Assembly: GCA_040217195.1 (NCBI GenBank) | Contig: JAVJNR010000009.1 | Span: 1-64,000 of the forward strand | Direction of reading: 5' to 3' | Length of the DNA stretch: 64,000 nucleotides | DNA from: Leptospiraceae bacterium | GTDB lineage: Bacteria; Spirochaetota; Leptospiria; Leptospirales; Leptonemataceae | In this document: one piece after another, positions 20,820-30,964 of the stretch | How the letters are laid out: each line of letters begins with the position of its first letter | How positions within the stretch are numbered: position 1 is the stretch's first letter | The notes under the pieces: model-generated | Database searches by the model: none | Seen by the model: the letters and a program-made list of their open reading frames with translations, nothing else | Told to the model about the DNA's origin: nothing | Program-made: the position numbers and the translations under genes

Positions 20820-21725
20820 TCAGACCCAGACCTGCACCTCTGGTGTAATCAAGGTACCCACGCCATGATCTGTGAAGACCTCCAGAAGTAAAGCATGGGG
20901 TACCCGGCCATCTATGATATGCGCTCTTCGCACGCCGGCCTGAAGCGCATCTATGCAGCAGCGAGTCTTGGGCAGCATCCCTCCAGAGATGACCTTTTTC
21001 TTAATCAGCTCATCCACATCTCTGGGGGTTAGACCGGTAAGTGTTTGATCTCCGTCCAGGATGCCCCTTGTATCGGTTAGTAGGATTAGCTTTTCGGCCC
21101 GAAGAGCAGAAGCGATAGCGCCGGCCATAGTATCTGCATTTACGTTCATGCTCTCGCCGTTTTCATCTGCTGCGATGGGAGCAATAACTGGAATATATTC
21201 GCTATCGATTAGATCTCGAATAATCTGTGGTTCCACAGATCGTGCATTTACAGTGCCCACCCGGCCCAGACTGACCTTCTCCGTGGATCCATCGTCCATG
21301 GCCTTTTCAATGGAATGTTCGGAAGCAGTGGCCAGATTGCCATCCCGACCGGATATGCCCACCGCTCGACCGCCTTCGCGGTTGATAAGAGATACAATTT
21401 CTTTGTTGATATTGCCGGAAAGAACCATCTCGGCCACTTCCATGGCATCATGGTCGGTGATTCTGTGTCCATCCACGAACTGACTGGTGATACCCAGTCG
21501 TTCCAGCAGTCGGTTGATTCTGGGGCCGCCACCATGCACAATTACAGGCCGCATTCCAACGTATCGCAGTAGAACTACATCTCTTGCAAATTTGTCCTGG
21601 AGGGCTGCCTGTTCCATGGCCGCACCACCGTATTTTATTACGATGGTTTTACCGTGGAATTTTTGAATGTAGGGAAGGGCCTCGAGAAGAACTTCGGCGC
21701 GGGCCGAATCAGGATTCTCCACCAC
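20820..21725 (-). CDS. argB: Acetylglutamate kinase
   Basis: EALPYI, VIKYGG, VHGGGP, NVNAD, GGMLPK, HIIDGRVPHALLLE; GTG 21725 with GGAG/AAGG SD. Confidence 0.96.
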   Translation of the reverse strand: MVENPDSARAEVLLEALPYIQKFHGKTIVIKYGGAAMEQAALQDKFARDVVLLRYVGMRPVIVHGGGPRINRLLERLGITSQFVDGHRITDHDAMEVAEMVLSGNINKEIVSLINREGGRAVGISGRDGNLATASEHSIEKAMDDGSTEKVSLGRVGTVNARSVEPQIIRDLIDSEYIPVIAPIAADENGESMNVNADTMAGAIASALRAEKLILLTDTRGILDGDQTLTGLTPRDVDELIKKKVISGGMLPKTRCCIDALQAGVRRAHIIDGRVPHALLLEVFTDHGVGTLITPEVQVWV

Positions 21726-22227
21726 TTTCCTTCTCCAGTACCTCAATGAAATTCAGGATGGATTTCTTATCCTTTTCCAGTTGCTTGGCATATACGTCTG
21801 CGATGGCATTCTCTACCAGTCCGCTTACCAGGAAGGCCTTGCTGGTAACTTGAATATCGTAGTCCCGGGCCGAACGGGTGTCACCCAGTTCATAATACTT
21901 ACTTTCGCCTTCAATCACGAATAGATGATCCAGATCTCCGCCGGGAACTACGCGAAAGTTATGGATATGGGTTGTTTCCAGAAATGTAGACGTTTCCACC
22001 AGGGTTTCGGCCCCGCTGGGTAGCAGTGTGGCCACTACCTGCGGCAGAGATTCGGAAATGGCTATGTGCCGAACCTGTTTCAGGGTATCCCCTTCACGGC
22101 TTTCTTCCTCAATGTGCACATTCTTTAGCTCCGGGAATTTATCCAGGTGCTTGTACCTTTCCTGTCTTGCATCCAGCAATTTTTGAAGTGGTACATCGAA
22201 TTCTTGTTTTACCTGAATCTTTTTCAT
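21709..22227 (-). CDS. Hypothetical protein, possibly START/SRPBCC-like (DUF2505-like)
   Basis: 172-aa ORF from ATG 22227 (MKKIQVKQEF), overlapping the argB start; alternating beta/alpha pattern with C-terminal helix. Confidence 0.55.
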   Translation of the reverse strand: MKKIQVKQEFDVPLQKLLDARQERYKHLDKFPELKNVHIEEESREGDTLKQVRHIAISESLPQVVATLLPSGAETLVETSTFLETTHIHNFRVVPGGDLDHLFVIEGESKYYELGDTRSARDYDIQVTSKAFLVSGLVENAIADVYAKQLEKDKKSILNFIEVLEKESGGES

Positions 22228-22412
22228 CTGGACCAATGGCGTAATGCGGGGGCCCTGAAAAGTCCAGTAAAAAAGCAGAGTCCCGAAAAGGAAGGTATTG
22301 CCGTGAACCACACAGGGCCCATTCGTCAGTGCGGGCTATGCCGTGATTTCACAACTACGACAATCAGGTCCAGAACCTCAATCCAGATACTGGACAGGGG
22401 GCGTCCCTGTTA

Positions 22413-23900
22413 CTAGAATTGAAAGTACATGAAATTCGGAGTTTCTGCCGGCGTCATTGCGATGATCATATAGATCATTGCGATCAAGACAGCGATCAAC
22501 TTCTTTCGGTTCTCGGGTTTCCAGAAATACTCCAGTTGATATTTATTGAAGAATATCTCATAGAACCAGAGCAGGCCCAGAAGGACAATGAATTCATTTA
22601 GATCCTTTAGCTGGCTGAATCCTAGAAGGGAACTGTTAAATACCAGAGATTCATTCAAGTTCTCAAAGCCAAACTTCCGACCAATCATCAATGTTGCAGT
22701 GGACATATCCGGTGCGCGAAACCAGATGAATCCAAAGCTAAGACAGAAAAACAGCAAGATCCTGGAGGCGATGTTATAGATCAGGCTTCCGGATTCCTTT
22801 AGTCTTTGTCCCAGGGAAGTCTTCCCATAAACCCGGTGAGCTGCAATCATCACAAATTGCCAGATCCCCCAGGCCACGAAGTGGTAGGCTGCACCATGCC
22901 AGATGCCGGTGGCCAGCCAGACGACTCCAATGTTTACATAAATGCGAACCGGTCCTACCCTGGATCCACCCAGAGGAATAAATACATAGTCGCGAATCCA
23001 GGTAGTCAGTGAAATATGCCAGCGGCTCCAATGATCTGTAATAGAAGAGGCGGCCATGGGATACAGAAAGTTGATCTCAAATTCATAGCCAAATAGTCGG
23101 GCCACTCCGCGGGCAATATCTGTATAGCCGGCAAAATCAAGATAGATCTGCCATCCAAATCCCAGGGAGGCCACCCAGATATCCAGCGTGCCATAGGCTG
23201 AAGGATTGGTAAATACCTGGTTTACCAGAGGTGCCAGGTTATCGGACAAAACCAGCTTGCGAAAAAATCCTACAATGATTCGAGTCACACCAACCAGGAT
23301 ATCATGTTTCTTGATTGAATACCCCTGATCCAGCTGCTCCAGAAAGGTTGTGGCTCGTACAATTGGGCCGGCAACCAGCTGTGGAAAAAAGGTTACATAG
23401 AGTGCGAAAGCCACCGGATCCCTTCTGGCTTCCAGCACCCCGCGATACACATCCATGGTGTAGCTCATGGACTGAAAGGTGTAAAAGGAGATGCCCACCG
23501 GCAGCAGGATGCTTTCTGCTGGAAAGGCAAACATGGAGCTTCCCAGGGGATGGACATCGTTTAGAATTGTAATGCCGAAGTTCGTATATTTAAAGTAGCC
23601 CAGCAATGCCAGGTTTACCAGAACCGAGCCAATAAGATAGGTTTTGGCCGGAAGTCTGGCAAGCAAGGAAGGCAGACCTCCATTTTGTTCCCAGTTTCGT
23701 CTGGATGTAATGGCGATTCCAGCCACATAGTCCCAGGCAGTGGAAAATAGGATCAGCACCAGATAGAAGGGTTCAAAAACCCCATAGAAATAGTAGGAAG
23801 CGGCTAATAGAAAAAGCCTCTGAGGGCGTCCTTTCAGTACATGACCCAGAATGAGCGTCGTAAAGAAGAAGAAAACAAAGTGAAAGGACGTGAAATTCAT
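22413..23900 (-). CDS. MBOAT family O-acyltransferase (second copy)
   Basis: LPVGISFYTFQ, FFPQLVAGPI, DFAGYTD, WSRWHISL, FIPLGG, GIWHGA, C-terminal FMYFQF. Confidence 0.95.
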   Translation of the reverse strand: MNFTSFHFVFFFFTTLILGHVLKGRPQRLFLLAASYYFYGVFEPFYLVLILFSTAWDYVAGIAITSRRNWEQNGGLPSLLARLPAKTYLIGSVLVNLALLGYFKYTNFGITILNDVHPLGSSMFAFPAESILLPVGISFYTFQSMSYTMDVYRGVLEARRDPVAFALYVTFFPQLVAGPIVRATTFLEQLDQGYSIKKHDILVGVTRIIVGFFRKLVLSDNLAPLVNQVFTNPSAYGTLDIWVASLGFGWQIYLDFAGYTDIARGVARLFGYEFEINFLYPMAASSITDHWSRWHISLTTWIRDYVFIPLGGSRVGPVRIYVNIGVVWLATGIWHGAAYHFVAWGIWQFVMIAAHRVYGKTSLGQRLKESGSLIYNIASRILLFFCLSFGFIWFRAPDMSTATLMIGRKFGFENLNESLVFNSSLLGFSQLKDLNEFIVLLGLLWFYEIFFNKYQLEYFWKPENRKKLIAVLIAMIYMIIAMTPAETPNFMYFQF

Positions 23901-24060
23901 CCGCAAGAAGCAGAGACCTCGAAAGGGCCGAACCGGTCAAACAAAACCTGCACTGGCCCGCGGTCCGGTCCTGAAGTCGGCCAGGCTCAGGGACCATGAC
24001 GCGGGTACCGGGCCCCATGTTAGGACTTGACGAATCATGGGAGCCGGCCACGGTAAGCCC

Positions 24061-24417
24061 ATGAACACATCTAAAATTCTACTCAGCCTTGCAATTGTGG
24101 CCGGACTGGCTGCAACTCAATGTGGAGGCGACAAACAAGATCTGACACAATACGATTCTATCTGCCAGAAAGTCCTGAAATGTGATAAAAGTATGCAGGA
24201 AATCCAGAACAATCCCGCTCTGCCTGCAAACGCCGATGTGGGCGAGCAATGCAAGAAGTCACTTGCTGAAATTGAGAAAAAAGCGCCCAACAGCATTCAG
24301 GGTGTAAAAGATTGCATCAATGACACTGCCTGCGAAGAAATGAAATTTGCAGCCTGTCTGGCCCCGGCTCAAGCCGAGCTAATGAAAAACATTCCCGGAG
24401 CTCAGGGAGTGGAATAA
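24061..24417 (+). CDS. Small helical Cys-rich lipoprotein
   Basis: MNTSKILLSLAIVAGLAATQ-C leader; six further Cys. Confidence 0.7.
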   Translation: MNTSKILLSLAIVAGLAATQCGGDKQDLTQYDSICQKVLKCDKSMQEIQNNPALPANADVGEQCKKSLAEIEKKAPNSIQGVKDCINDTACEEMKFAACLAPAQAELMKNIPGAQGVE

Positions 24418-24427
24418 TTCTACGGCA

Positions 24428-24450
24428 ACCGAGCCCGTTCAGGGCTCGGT
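24428..24450. terminator. Bidirectional hairpin
   Basis: ACCGAGCCC-GTTCA-GGGCTCGGT perfect 9-bp stem between convergent genes. Confidence 0.6.
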
Positions 24451-24468
24451 ATCTAACCGAATACTCTT

Positions 24469-25614
24469 TCAATCAGAGGAAGTGGATGGTTCGGATCGGG
24501 ACGCTTTGTTGATCCCTTTAAATTCTCTGGCCAGTTCATCGCTTCTCTTATCCCATTGCCACTTCTTGGACTGAAACGTGGCCTGTTTGGGTAATTCCTT
24601 TCCATGCATCTGGAGTAGAAAGGTCTTCCAGGCTTCCACATCTGTAGGCGATGCAAATCTTCCATGTGGATGAATCTCCCGCATGATGGGAATGTCCGAA
24701 AGGACAGCAGGTTTTCCATGCATCAACGATTCCAGAACACGTAACGGGAAGCTTTCATGAAGTGAAGGAAAGAAGGCTACACGACAGCTTTCATATAACC
24801 AGGTGAGCTGACCGTCGGTCGGGGTCTCAATATAATAGATCCCTTCTGGTTTGTAGGCTCCCTGAATAAGCTCAGCCAGTTCATCTTTGATTTCATTTCC
24901 GTTTTTTCCTGCGATGACCAGAGGATACAGATAGGGATTTTCTCTGCGAGCGCGCCTGTAGGCTTCCATTAGCACCTTATAATTCTTGCGCTTCTCAATG
25001 GTACCCACGCTCAGATAAAAATGCTCGGAGAAGAAAGGCAGATCCAGCGGATGGCTTACTTTCTTGGCAGGAGGATTCATACCGGGATAGATTACTTTAA
25101 TCTTATCCTGCGGAATGGATGGATAGAGTTGAATCAGTTCATCGCGAAAGCTCTGGGATTGGCAAAGTACGCTATCGGCATTTTGTAAACTTTCTTCCAG
25201 GAAGTATTTCTGTTCCAGACGAGGGATGAACTTTAGTTCTTCTGGTGCAGTGCGAAAACTAACATCGTTTACATTGAGGATTGTTTTGATACCGGGTAGC
25301 TTCTTTTTAATGTTTCGCGGAAGAAGTCCGGTGGTTCCCCAGAAAATATCTGCCTGGGCTTTTTCTATCATACGAGGCAAAGATCGTTGCATCCAGATAG
25401 CTGGCAGTTGAGGTACAAAAGAAGACTCTACCCGAATCTCCACTCGGCCCGAGGTTAGTAATGCTGCAAACTCAGGCGCAATCGCCTTATGGGAGAGCAG
25501 TATCCATTCTGCATCTGGCAATCTGGATACCAGGTTATCAAACATTCCCGCCACATAGCGGGCATCCCGACTTCCCGGATGAGACAGAGGCCGGGCATCT
25601 ACTGCGATCCGCAT
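24469..25614 (-). CDS. Glycosyltransferase family 4
   Basis: MRIAVDARPL, LSVGTIEKRKN, FPSLHESFPL.VLES, SDIP..RE. Confidence 0.9.
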   Translation of the reverse strand: MRIAVDARPLSHPGSRDARYVAGMFDNLVSRLPDAEWILLSHKAIAPEFAALLTSGRVEIRVESSFVPQLPAIWMQRSLPRMIEKAQADIFWGTTGLLPRNIKKKLPGIKTILNVNDVSFRTAPEELKFIPRLEQKYFLEESLQNADSVLCQSQSFRDELIQLYPSIPQDKIKVIYPGMNPPAKKVSHPLDLPFFSEHFYLSVGTIEKRKNYKVLMEAYRRARRENPYLYPLVIAGKNGNEIKDELAELIQGAYKPEGIYYIETPTDGQLTWLYESCRVAFFPSLHESFPLRVLESLMHGKPAVLSDIPIMREIHPHGRFASPTDVEAWKTFLLQMHGKELPKQATFQSKKWQWDKRSDELAREFKGINKASRSEPSTSSD

Positions 25615-25800
25615 ATAGACCAGTTGCTCAGCGCGGATGCACATGTCACGCCAAAACAAAATCTATAAAGGCCCGTGGGTTGCGGCCCAAATACTATCAA
25701 TTTCTCGTCCAATTCTAACATCGTTTAGATAAGTTCTGGATTGCCTGGCGGGCCCTGCTGGCCGATCATATGATACAGAACTACTTTCTTCAGGAAATAC

Positions 25801-26553
25801 ATGAAACCACCCAGAGCGTTTGAGAACCAGGAATTCCTTAATTCGGAGCATGCGCGCTCATTGCGAATATTATCCGAGTATCATTACCCCTTGCATCGCT
25901 TCGATGAGCTGGGAGTCACAGATACTGTTGTATTCTTTGGTTCAGCTCGAATACCTTCGCCGGAGAAGCGTCAGGGTGGCGGCCATCCTGGCTCCAGAAT
26001 CAATGAGCTGGACTCTTTCTATGATGCGGCCAGAGAAGTAAGTCGGCGATTAACCCGCTGGTCCCTTACCCATGCAAAACCGGCCGGAAGGAACTTCCTG
26101 GTATGCACGGGAGGAGGGCCCGGAATTATGGAAGCATCCAATCGAGGTGCCTTTGATGCAGGAGGGGCCAGCATTGGTCTGAACATAGAGCTTCCCCGTG
26201 AACAACATCCCAATCCATTTATTACGGATGAATTAAACTTTGACTTCCATTATTTCTTTACTCGTAAATTCTGGTTTCTGTTTTTCGCACGGGCCTTGAT
26301 TGCTTTTCCGGGCGGCTTTGGGACTCTGGATGAGCTGTTTGAAACCCTGACTCTGCAGCAAACCATGAACATTCGGAATCAGATTCCGGTGTTCTTATTT
26401 GGAAAAAGATTCTGGGAGAGATTGATAGATTTCGATTTCCTTGTAGAATACGGGTTGATCGCGCCACAGGACAAAGAACTGTTCCAGATTGTGGATTCGG
26501 TGGATGAGGCAATGGAAGCGATGATACCGGTTCTGGAAAGCCAGCTGAAATGA
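25801..26553 (+). CDS. LOG family protein (nucleotide phosphoribohydrolase-like)
   Basis: FFGSAR, TGGGPGIMEA.NRGA, LP.EQ..N, YFFTRK, FPGGFGTLDE. Confidence 0.92.
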   Translation: MKPPRAFENQEFLNSEHARSLRILSEYHYPLHRFDELGVTDTVVFFGSARIPSPEKRQGGGHPGSRINELDSFYDAAREVSRRLTRWSLTHAKPAGRNFLVCTGGGPGIMEASNRGAFDAGGASIGLNIELPREQHPNPFITDELNFDFHYFFTRKFWFLFFARALIAFPGGFGTLDELFETLTLQQTMNIRNQIPVFLFGKRFWERLIDFDFLVEYGLIAPQDKELFQIVDSVDEAMEAMIPVLESQLK

Positions 26554-28541
26554 GCGCCGCAGGTCAGAAAAAAGAATTCCTTAATATTCTGAAAGAGTCC
26601 GAGGCAATTGCCCGAGGAGCGAATCTTTCGGAGAAGACCCATCATGCGGTTTACAAGGCCATCAAAACCGTTTCTGCCCTGGATCAAATCAAGAATGGAG
26701 TGATTTTCCATGCAGGTGTGAAGATTCCTGAACTGGAGAACCTGGATTACGGCCGCAAAGAGGCCCAGGAAACCCTTCAGCGGCTTATTTCGGATCAATT
26801 AATTGCTCAGGTATTTCTTATCGAGTATGATCCAGGCAACAATAAACTTACGGTCACTCCCTGCTACCTGGCAAACTGGGGTGATGAACGAATAGGACCG
26901 GAGCAGCTTTTCCAGGAATTGTTGATGCAATCCGTGGAAAGCATTGAGAGGTACCTCAGTAATCGACCTGTATTTAATAGAGATCAGATTTGGAAGGACC
27001 TGGAAAGGGATTTAAACTCTCCTTCTGTGCCGGACCTATCCAACCTGCCTACCGCTGCCCTGGATCCATTATCCGTTTTGCAGCCTTCCGCCTTTGATTT
27101 TGTGCCTCCTGCAGAGATGCTTCGTATATCCAGAGATGAGATTCGAGAAGAACTGATTCGTAGAGGGGATGTGGTTTATTTGCTGGAATACGGACTTCTG
27201 CCTGTTCGCGAAGAGGAACTTGTAGTTCGATTTGAAGCCTGCGCCGATTTTATGATATCGCGCATTATCCCCGAGCATCGAGGCAATGCAGCTTTGAAAT
27301 CGGAGCTTCAGTCCATTTCCACCCAGGAGGAGGGATACCACCTGGAAGGTTTTGTGCGAAAGACCGCCGACTTTACCCAGAAAAAAGCAGCGGCCGTAAA
27401 GAAACATCTTCTATCTTCGCCAGGTCGCACCTCTCGTTTTCCGGGATCTCTTACCGTGGAGCAGGTAATTCAGCTTCATCCCCATGTAGAGAAGAAGTAT
27501 CGGGAAACCTGGGAAAAGGAGATGGATCAGCAGCATAAAGAGATTCGGGATAGTATTCTGGGTCTGGGAGTGGATGTTGCAGATCAGATTCGATTCTTCT
27601 CCGAAGAGGATCGGGAAGCCATACCGCCTGAAATATGGAAACGGTTGATTAACGATAGTGGATTTTTCCATTCCACCTGGGAAAGAAGCGATGGCACTTT
27701 CCACGTACTCTGCAAAAAAAATCCGGCCATATTTCCTGAACTGGTAAACATCATGCTTCGCATGGGTCCAGAAGGTCACTGGAAAATTCTGGCCTTTCGA
27801 TTTCTCATCGAGAAGTACGAATCCACGTTTCCAGAGCTATTCCATGATGGCGACTTTGTGGTTGCGTACGGGCAACTTCTGAGACGAGCCTACATGAGTC
27901 TCATTCCCTGGTACTACAGGCTACTGATGTTTCTGGGTTTGCGAAGCGTTGTGGATGCAGCGTTCCAGAACGCAAAAAAGAAGATTCAGGAAGAACAGGA
28001 AAGGCTATCGGGAAAAAACCAGGAAAAGAGAGATACCCGGGATAAGCAACGGATGACCGAAAGAAAAGAGCATGCAGGCCAGGCAGAAACTCTGGAGTTC
28101 AAGAGACGAATCATTGAAACTCTGGAGCGCTACTATTATGAGCAACTGAAACCTCCCCTGGTCAAAGAAGTGGCTTCCCATTTTTCAGAAAAGAAAGAGG
28201 ATGAATTTCGGGAATTTGTAAAGAAGCAGGGTTTCAAACTCCTGGATTTTGAAAATGATAAGATCCTGCTCTACCCGGTGGACCATCAATGGAGAGCCAG
28301 GGCTGCGAAGCTAAGAAAGCATCTGGAGCAGAAGGATCAGGATCCGGCCCTGGAAGCAGCATTACATGCAAGGATCGCCGTGGTACTGAAAATGCTGCAG
28401 AAAAGCATCAAACAGGCAGCTTCTGGAGTAGGTGGTGCATCGCCTGCAAACATGGATCCAGATGCCGCATTTCAGCGTTTTGAATCGGAGCTGGAAAAGC
28501 ATGAGAAGGTGGCCGCCGGATCCGATGAGGAACCATATTAA
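26550..28541 (+). CDS. Large hypothetical protein
   Basis: 663-aa ORF with ATGA overlap to LOG; charged coiled-coil near the C-terminus; no motif recognised. Confidence 0.75.
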   Translation: MSAAGQKKEFLNILKESEAIARGANLSEKTHHAVYKAIKTVSALDQIKNGVIFHAGVKIPELENLDYGRKEAQETLQRLISDQLIAQVFLIEYDPGNNKLTVTPCYLANWGDERIGPEQLFQELLMQSVESIERYLSNRPVFNRDQIWKDLERDLNSPSVPDLSNLPTAALDPLSVLQPSAFDFVPPAEMLRISRDEIREELIRRGDVVYLLEYGLLPVREEELVVRFEACADFMISRIIPEHRGNAALKSELQSISTQEEGYHLEGFVRKTADFTQKKAAAVKKHLLSSPGRTSRFPGSLTVEQVIQLHPHVEKKYRETWEKEMDQQHKEIRDSILGLGVDVADQIRFFSEEDREAIPPEIWKRLINDSGFFHSTWERSDGTFHVLCKKNPAIFPELVNIMLRMGPEGHWKILAFRFLIEKYESTFPELFHDGDFVVAYGQLLRRAYMSLIPWYYRLLMFLGLRSVVDAAFQNAKKKIQEEQERLSGKNQEKRDTRDKQRMTERKEHAGQAETLEFKRRIIETLERYYYEQLKPPLVKEVASHFSEKKEDEFREFVKKQGFKLLDFENDKILLYPVDHQWRARAAKLRKHLEQKDQDPALEAALHARIAVVLKMLQKSIKQAASGVGGASPANMDPDAAFQRFESELEKHEKVAAGSDEEPY

Positions 28542-28802
28542 GATTCTTTCCCATCTTTGTTTCGAGGACTATTCCTATTTCCTAATTGTCTTCTCAGAGT
28601 AAACTATTCGGACCATCAATCCGAATTGACTGAAATCCTTCTATCTTATGTCTTTTTAGTGAGCCTTTCTACGGTGCAGTGCTCCATACTCCGATTTGAT
28701 TTTTTCTTTTCGGGCACAGGGCCCGCAGGAAGTGTAACTAATGTACGGGTCCTGGGGCTTTCGACAGATGAGCCGGACCAGGAACTAACAGGGGGATCGC
28801 AC

Positions 28803-29750
28803 GTGACCGTTACGCTGGAAGAGTTACAGAATAGGCTGGAAGAACTGGAAGAGCAGAATAAAAGGCTCCAGGATGAATTAAACTATGTGAAGGAATCTCC
28901 ATTCCTGCAATCATCCATAAAGAGACTGGTCTATGAAGCGCTGATTGATCGAGAAGAGGTGCTGACCCGGGAACTGGGGAAGCGAATCAATGAGCGCCAT
29001 GGCACCATGTATGAAATCAAAACCCAGGCCAAGCGTCTCTCCGAGCTTCTGGGACTGGATGCAGATGCAATTCGTATTATGGTAACTGAGGCGGTGCAAA
29101 ACATCCTGGAGCATGGTTCCGGAAAGTATGTTACGGTTCGCCTGGAAATCAAAAATGACAGCGTCAATCCCTGTCTGGTTAGCTCCTTTAAACATGAGCT
29201 TCCAGGAGGGCAGGTATATACATTAAGCGATATAAATCAAAATGCAATGAAAGGCGATGTCACCTCGGAGCATTTCGATTTTGAGTCCAGCCGTGGACGG
29301 GGTGAGTACATCATGAAAGAACTCACCGATGAGCGAAGAATCATCAATGGAATTGAAGTAAATCCGGATGGAAAGAAGGTCAGATACTTCAAGCGAATGC
29401 TGATCAATTATGCGAAAGCAGAAGGGCCAAGAGCCAGGGTTACTTTTGAAGAGCTTAAGAGAGAGATAGATCGACTGGACTATGAAGATGTGATCTGCTG
29501 CTTTCATGTTCATCATATTGGCGGACTGCCGGATTCCGTAACCATTGCTACTACCAAGGCCTATTCTCAAAGGGTCGCCAAAATCATGAATGATAATGGA
29601 TTCCGATTGCAGGAGGAGGAAAACTACTATAGAACTTCTTTTGCCACGTACGTTCCCAGAGAACAAATGGACAAAGAGCAGCTTCTGGGCCTTTTTGCGC
29701 GAGTGCGAAGCATAGTGGATGAAGAAATCGATGCGAACAGTACTGTTTGA
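28803..29750 (+). CDS. Coiled-coil plus RsbW-like HATPase domain protein
   Basis: GTG 28803 after AGGGGGA; EAVQNILEHG (N box) and SRGRGEYIMKELTD (G2-like box). Confidence 0.65.
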   Translation: MTVTLEELQNRLEELEEQNKRLQDELNYVKESPFLQSSIKRLVYEALIDREEVLTRELGKRINERHGTMYEIKTQAKRLSELLGLDADAIRIMVTEAVQNILEHGSGKYVTVRLEIKNDSVNPCLVSSFKHELPGGQVYTLSDINQNAMKGDVTSEHFDFESSRGRGEYIMKELTDERRIINGIEVNPDGKKVRYFKRMLINYAKAEGPRARVTFEELKREIDRLDYEDVICCFHVHHIGGLPDSVTIATTKAYSQRVAKIMNDNGFRLQEEENYYRTSFATYVPREQMDKEQLLGLFARVRSIVDEEIDANSTV

Positions 29751-29791
29751 TAGTTCATACCGCTGTCCAGGATTATCCTGCAGTTGCCTGA

Positions 29792-30964
29792 ATGGTTGAT
29801 TGGAAAACCAGGCCCTGCCCACTGGTGCCAGCAGATCTGGGTTTGGATGAACCGTCTCTGTCTGGCTCCATAAAGACCCGGGCTTCAGATTTCAGAGTTA
29901 CCGAAATTCCAGCCTATGAGTATTCGGGACAGGGCGACTTTCTATATCTCAAAATTCGCCGAAAAAATCTAAACACAAAAGATGTTTGCCAGGTTCTGTC
30001 CCGGGCCTTTTCGATTTCTGAGCCGGACATTGGCTATGCCGGATTGAAAGACAAACATGCTGAATGTACTCAGACATTTTCCTTTCCTCTGTCTGGACTT
30101 CGGGAGATCAAATCTGCTTCAAACGAGGACTTGAAATCTTACGCAGAGGAAAAGTTCGAAGGGTTATCGCACTTAGAAGAGCCGTTGACATTGTTGAGCA
30201 TTGATCGACATGAGAATTCTTTGCGAAGGGGACACCTCAAAGGAAATCATTTTTCTATCCTGATTAGAGAATTGAAGCTGCGAAATACTCTCTCTGAGAT
30301 TGCCAGGAAGCATCCAGATCTGGCGGAACGTTCAGACAGCGAAATTCGCAACAAGCTTCTGGAATCGGCTGCATCCAGACTGGTCACTCAAGGAATGGTG
30401 AATCTTTTTGGGTCCCAGAGGTTTGGCAAAGAAGGAAGTACTCTCGAGCAGGGGCTTTCCTTTATGGATGGCAAAAAGGCTCGGAAATGGCTTCTGGATC
30501 TGGGCACTTCGGCTGTACAGAGTTATGTATTTAATCATTATCTTCGCATTCGCGCCGAAAAGAATTGTTTATTTGATCTGATGGATGGAGATCTGGCCAC
30601 CAGACTTGAATCCGGCGGAATTTTCAAAGTGCCCGAATCATCTGCAGAGGCCCATCGATTGAAAGATGGAGAGATTAGCTACACCGGTCCCATCTTTGGC
30701 CGAAAAATGCGAAGCCCGGAAGAACCGTCCCTTGCCCTGGAAAGGGATGCTCTGAACTATCTGGGTAGAACCGAGGAAGACTTCAAGCGAATGAAAGTAC
30801 CCGGTGCCCGAAGAGCAGGACTCATCTTTTTGAAGGATCTGACTGTAGAATGGGAAGATTCAAATTCAGTATGGTTACATTTTACTCTACCCGCCGGCTC
30901 CTATGCTACCGTGGCTGCCGGACATCTAATTCATCTGGAGGAAGGGTCTGAGCGAGATCTATAG
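29792..30964 (+). CDS. truD: tRNA pseudouridine(13) synthase
   Basis: DFRVTE, YAGLKDK, L.GNHF.I, NLFGSQRFG, SAVQSYVFN, FTLPAGSYAT. Confidence 0.95.
   Translation: MVDWKTRPCPLVPADLGLDEPSLSGSIKTRASDFRVTEIPAYEYSGQGDFLYLKIRRKNLNTKDVCQVLSRAFSISEPDIGYAGLKDKHAECTQTFSFPLSGLREIKSASNEDLKSYAEEKFEGLSHLEEPLTLLSIDRHENSLRRGHLKGNHFSILIRELKLRNTLSEIARKHPDLAERSDSEIRNKLLESAASRLVTQGMVNLFGSQRFGKEGSTLEQGLSFMDGKKARKWLLDLGTSAVQSYVFNHYLRIRAEKNCLFDLMDGDLATRLESGGIFKVPESSAEAHRLKDGEISYTGPIFGRKMRSPEEPSLALERDALNYLGRTEEDFKRMKVPGARRAGLIFLKDLTVEWEDSNSVWLHFTLPAGSYATVAAGHLIHLEEGSERDL

Noticed and set aside
24061..24417. Cys-rich lipoproteins (this one and 6653-6910) as MNIO substrates
   Set aside because: More than 30 kb away; even Cys counts fit structural disulfides; no bufferin- or oxazolin-like motifs
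28600..28627. TAAA-N16-TCCGAATT as a sigma28 promoter
   Set aside because: Spacing and -10 match are imperfect; insufficient support
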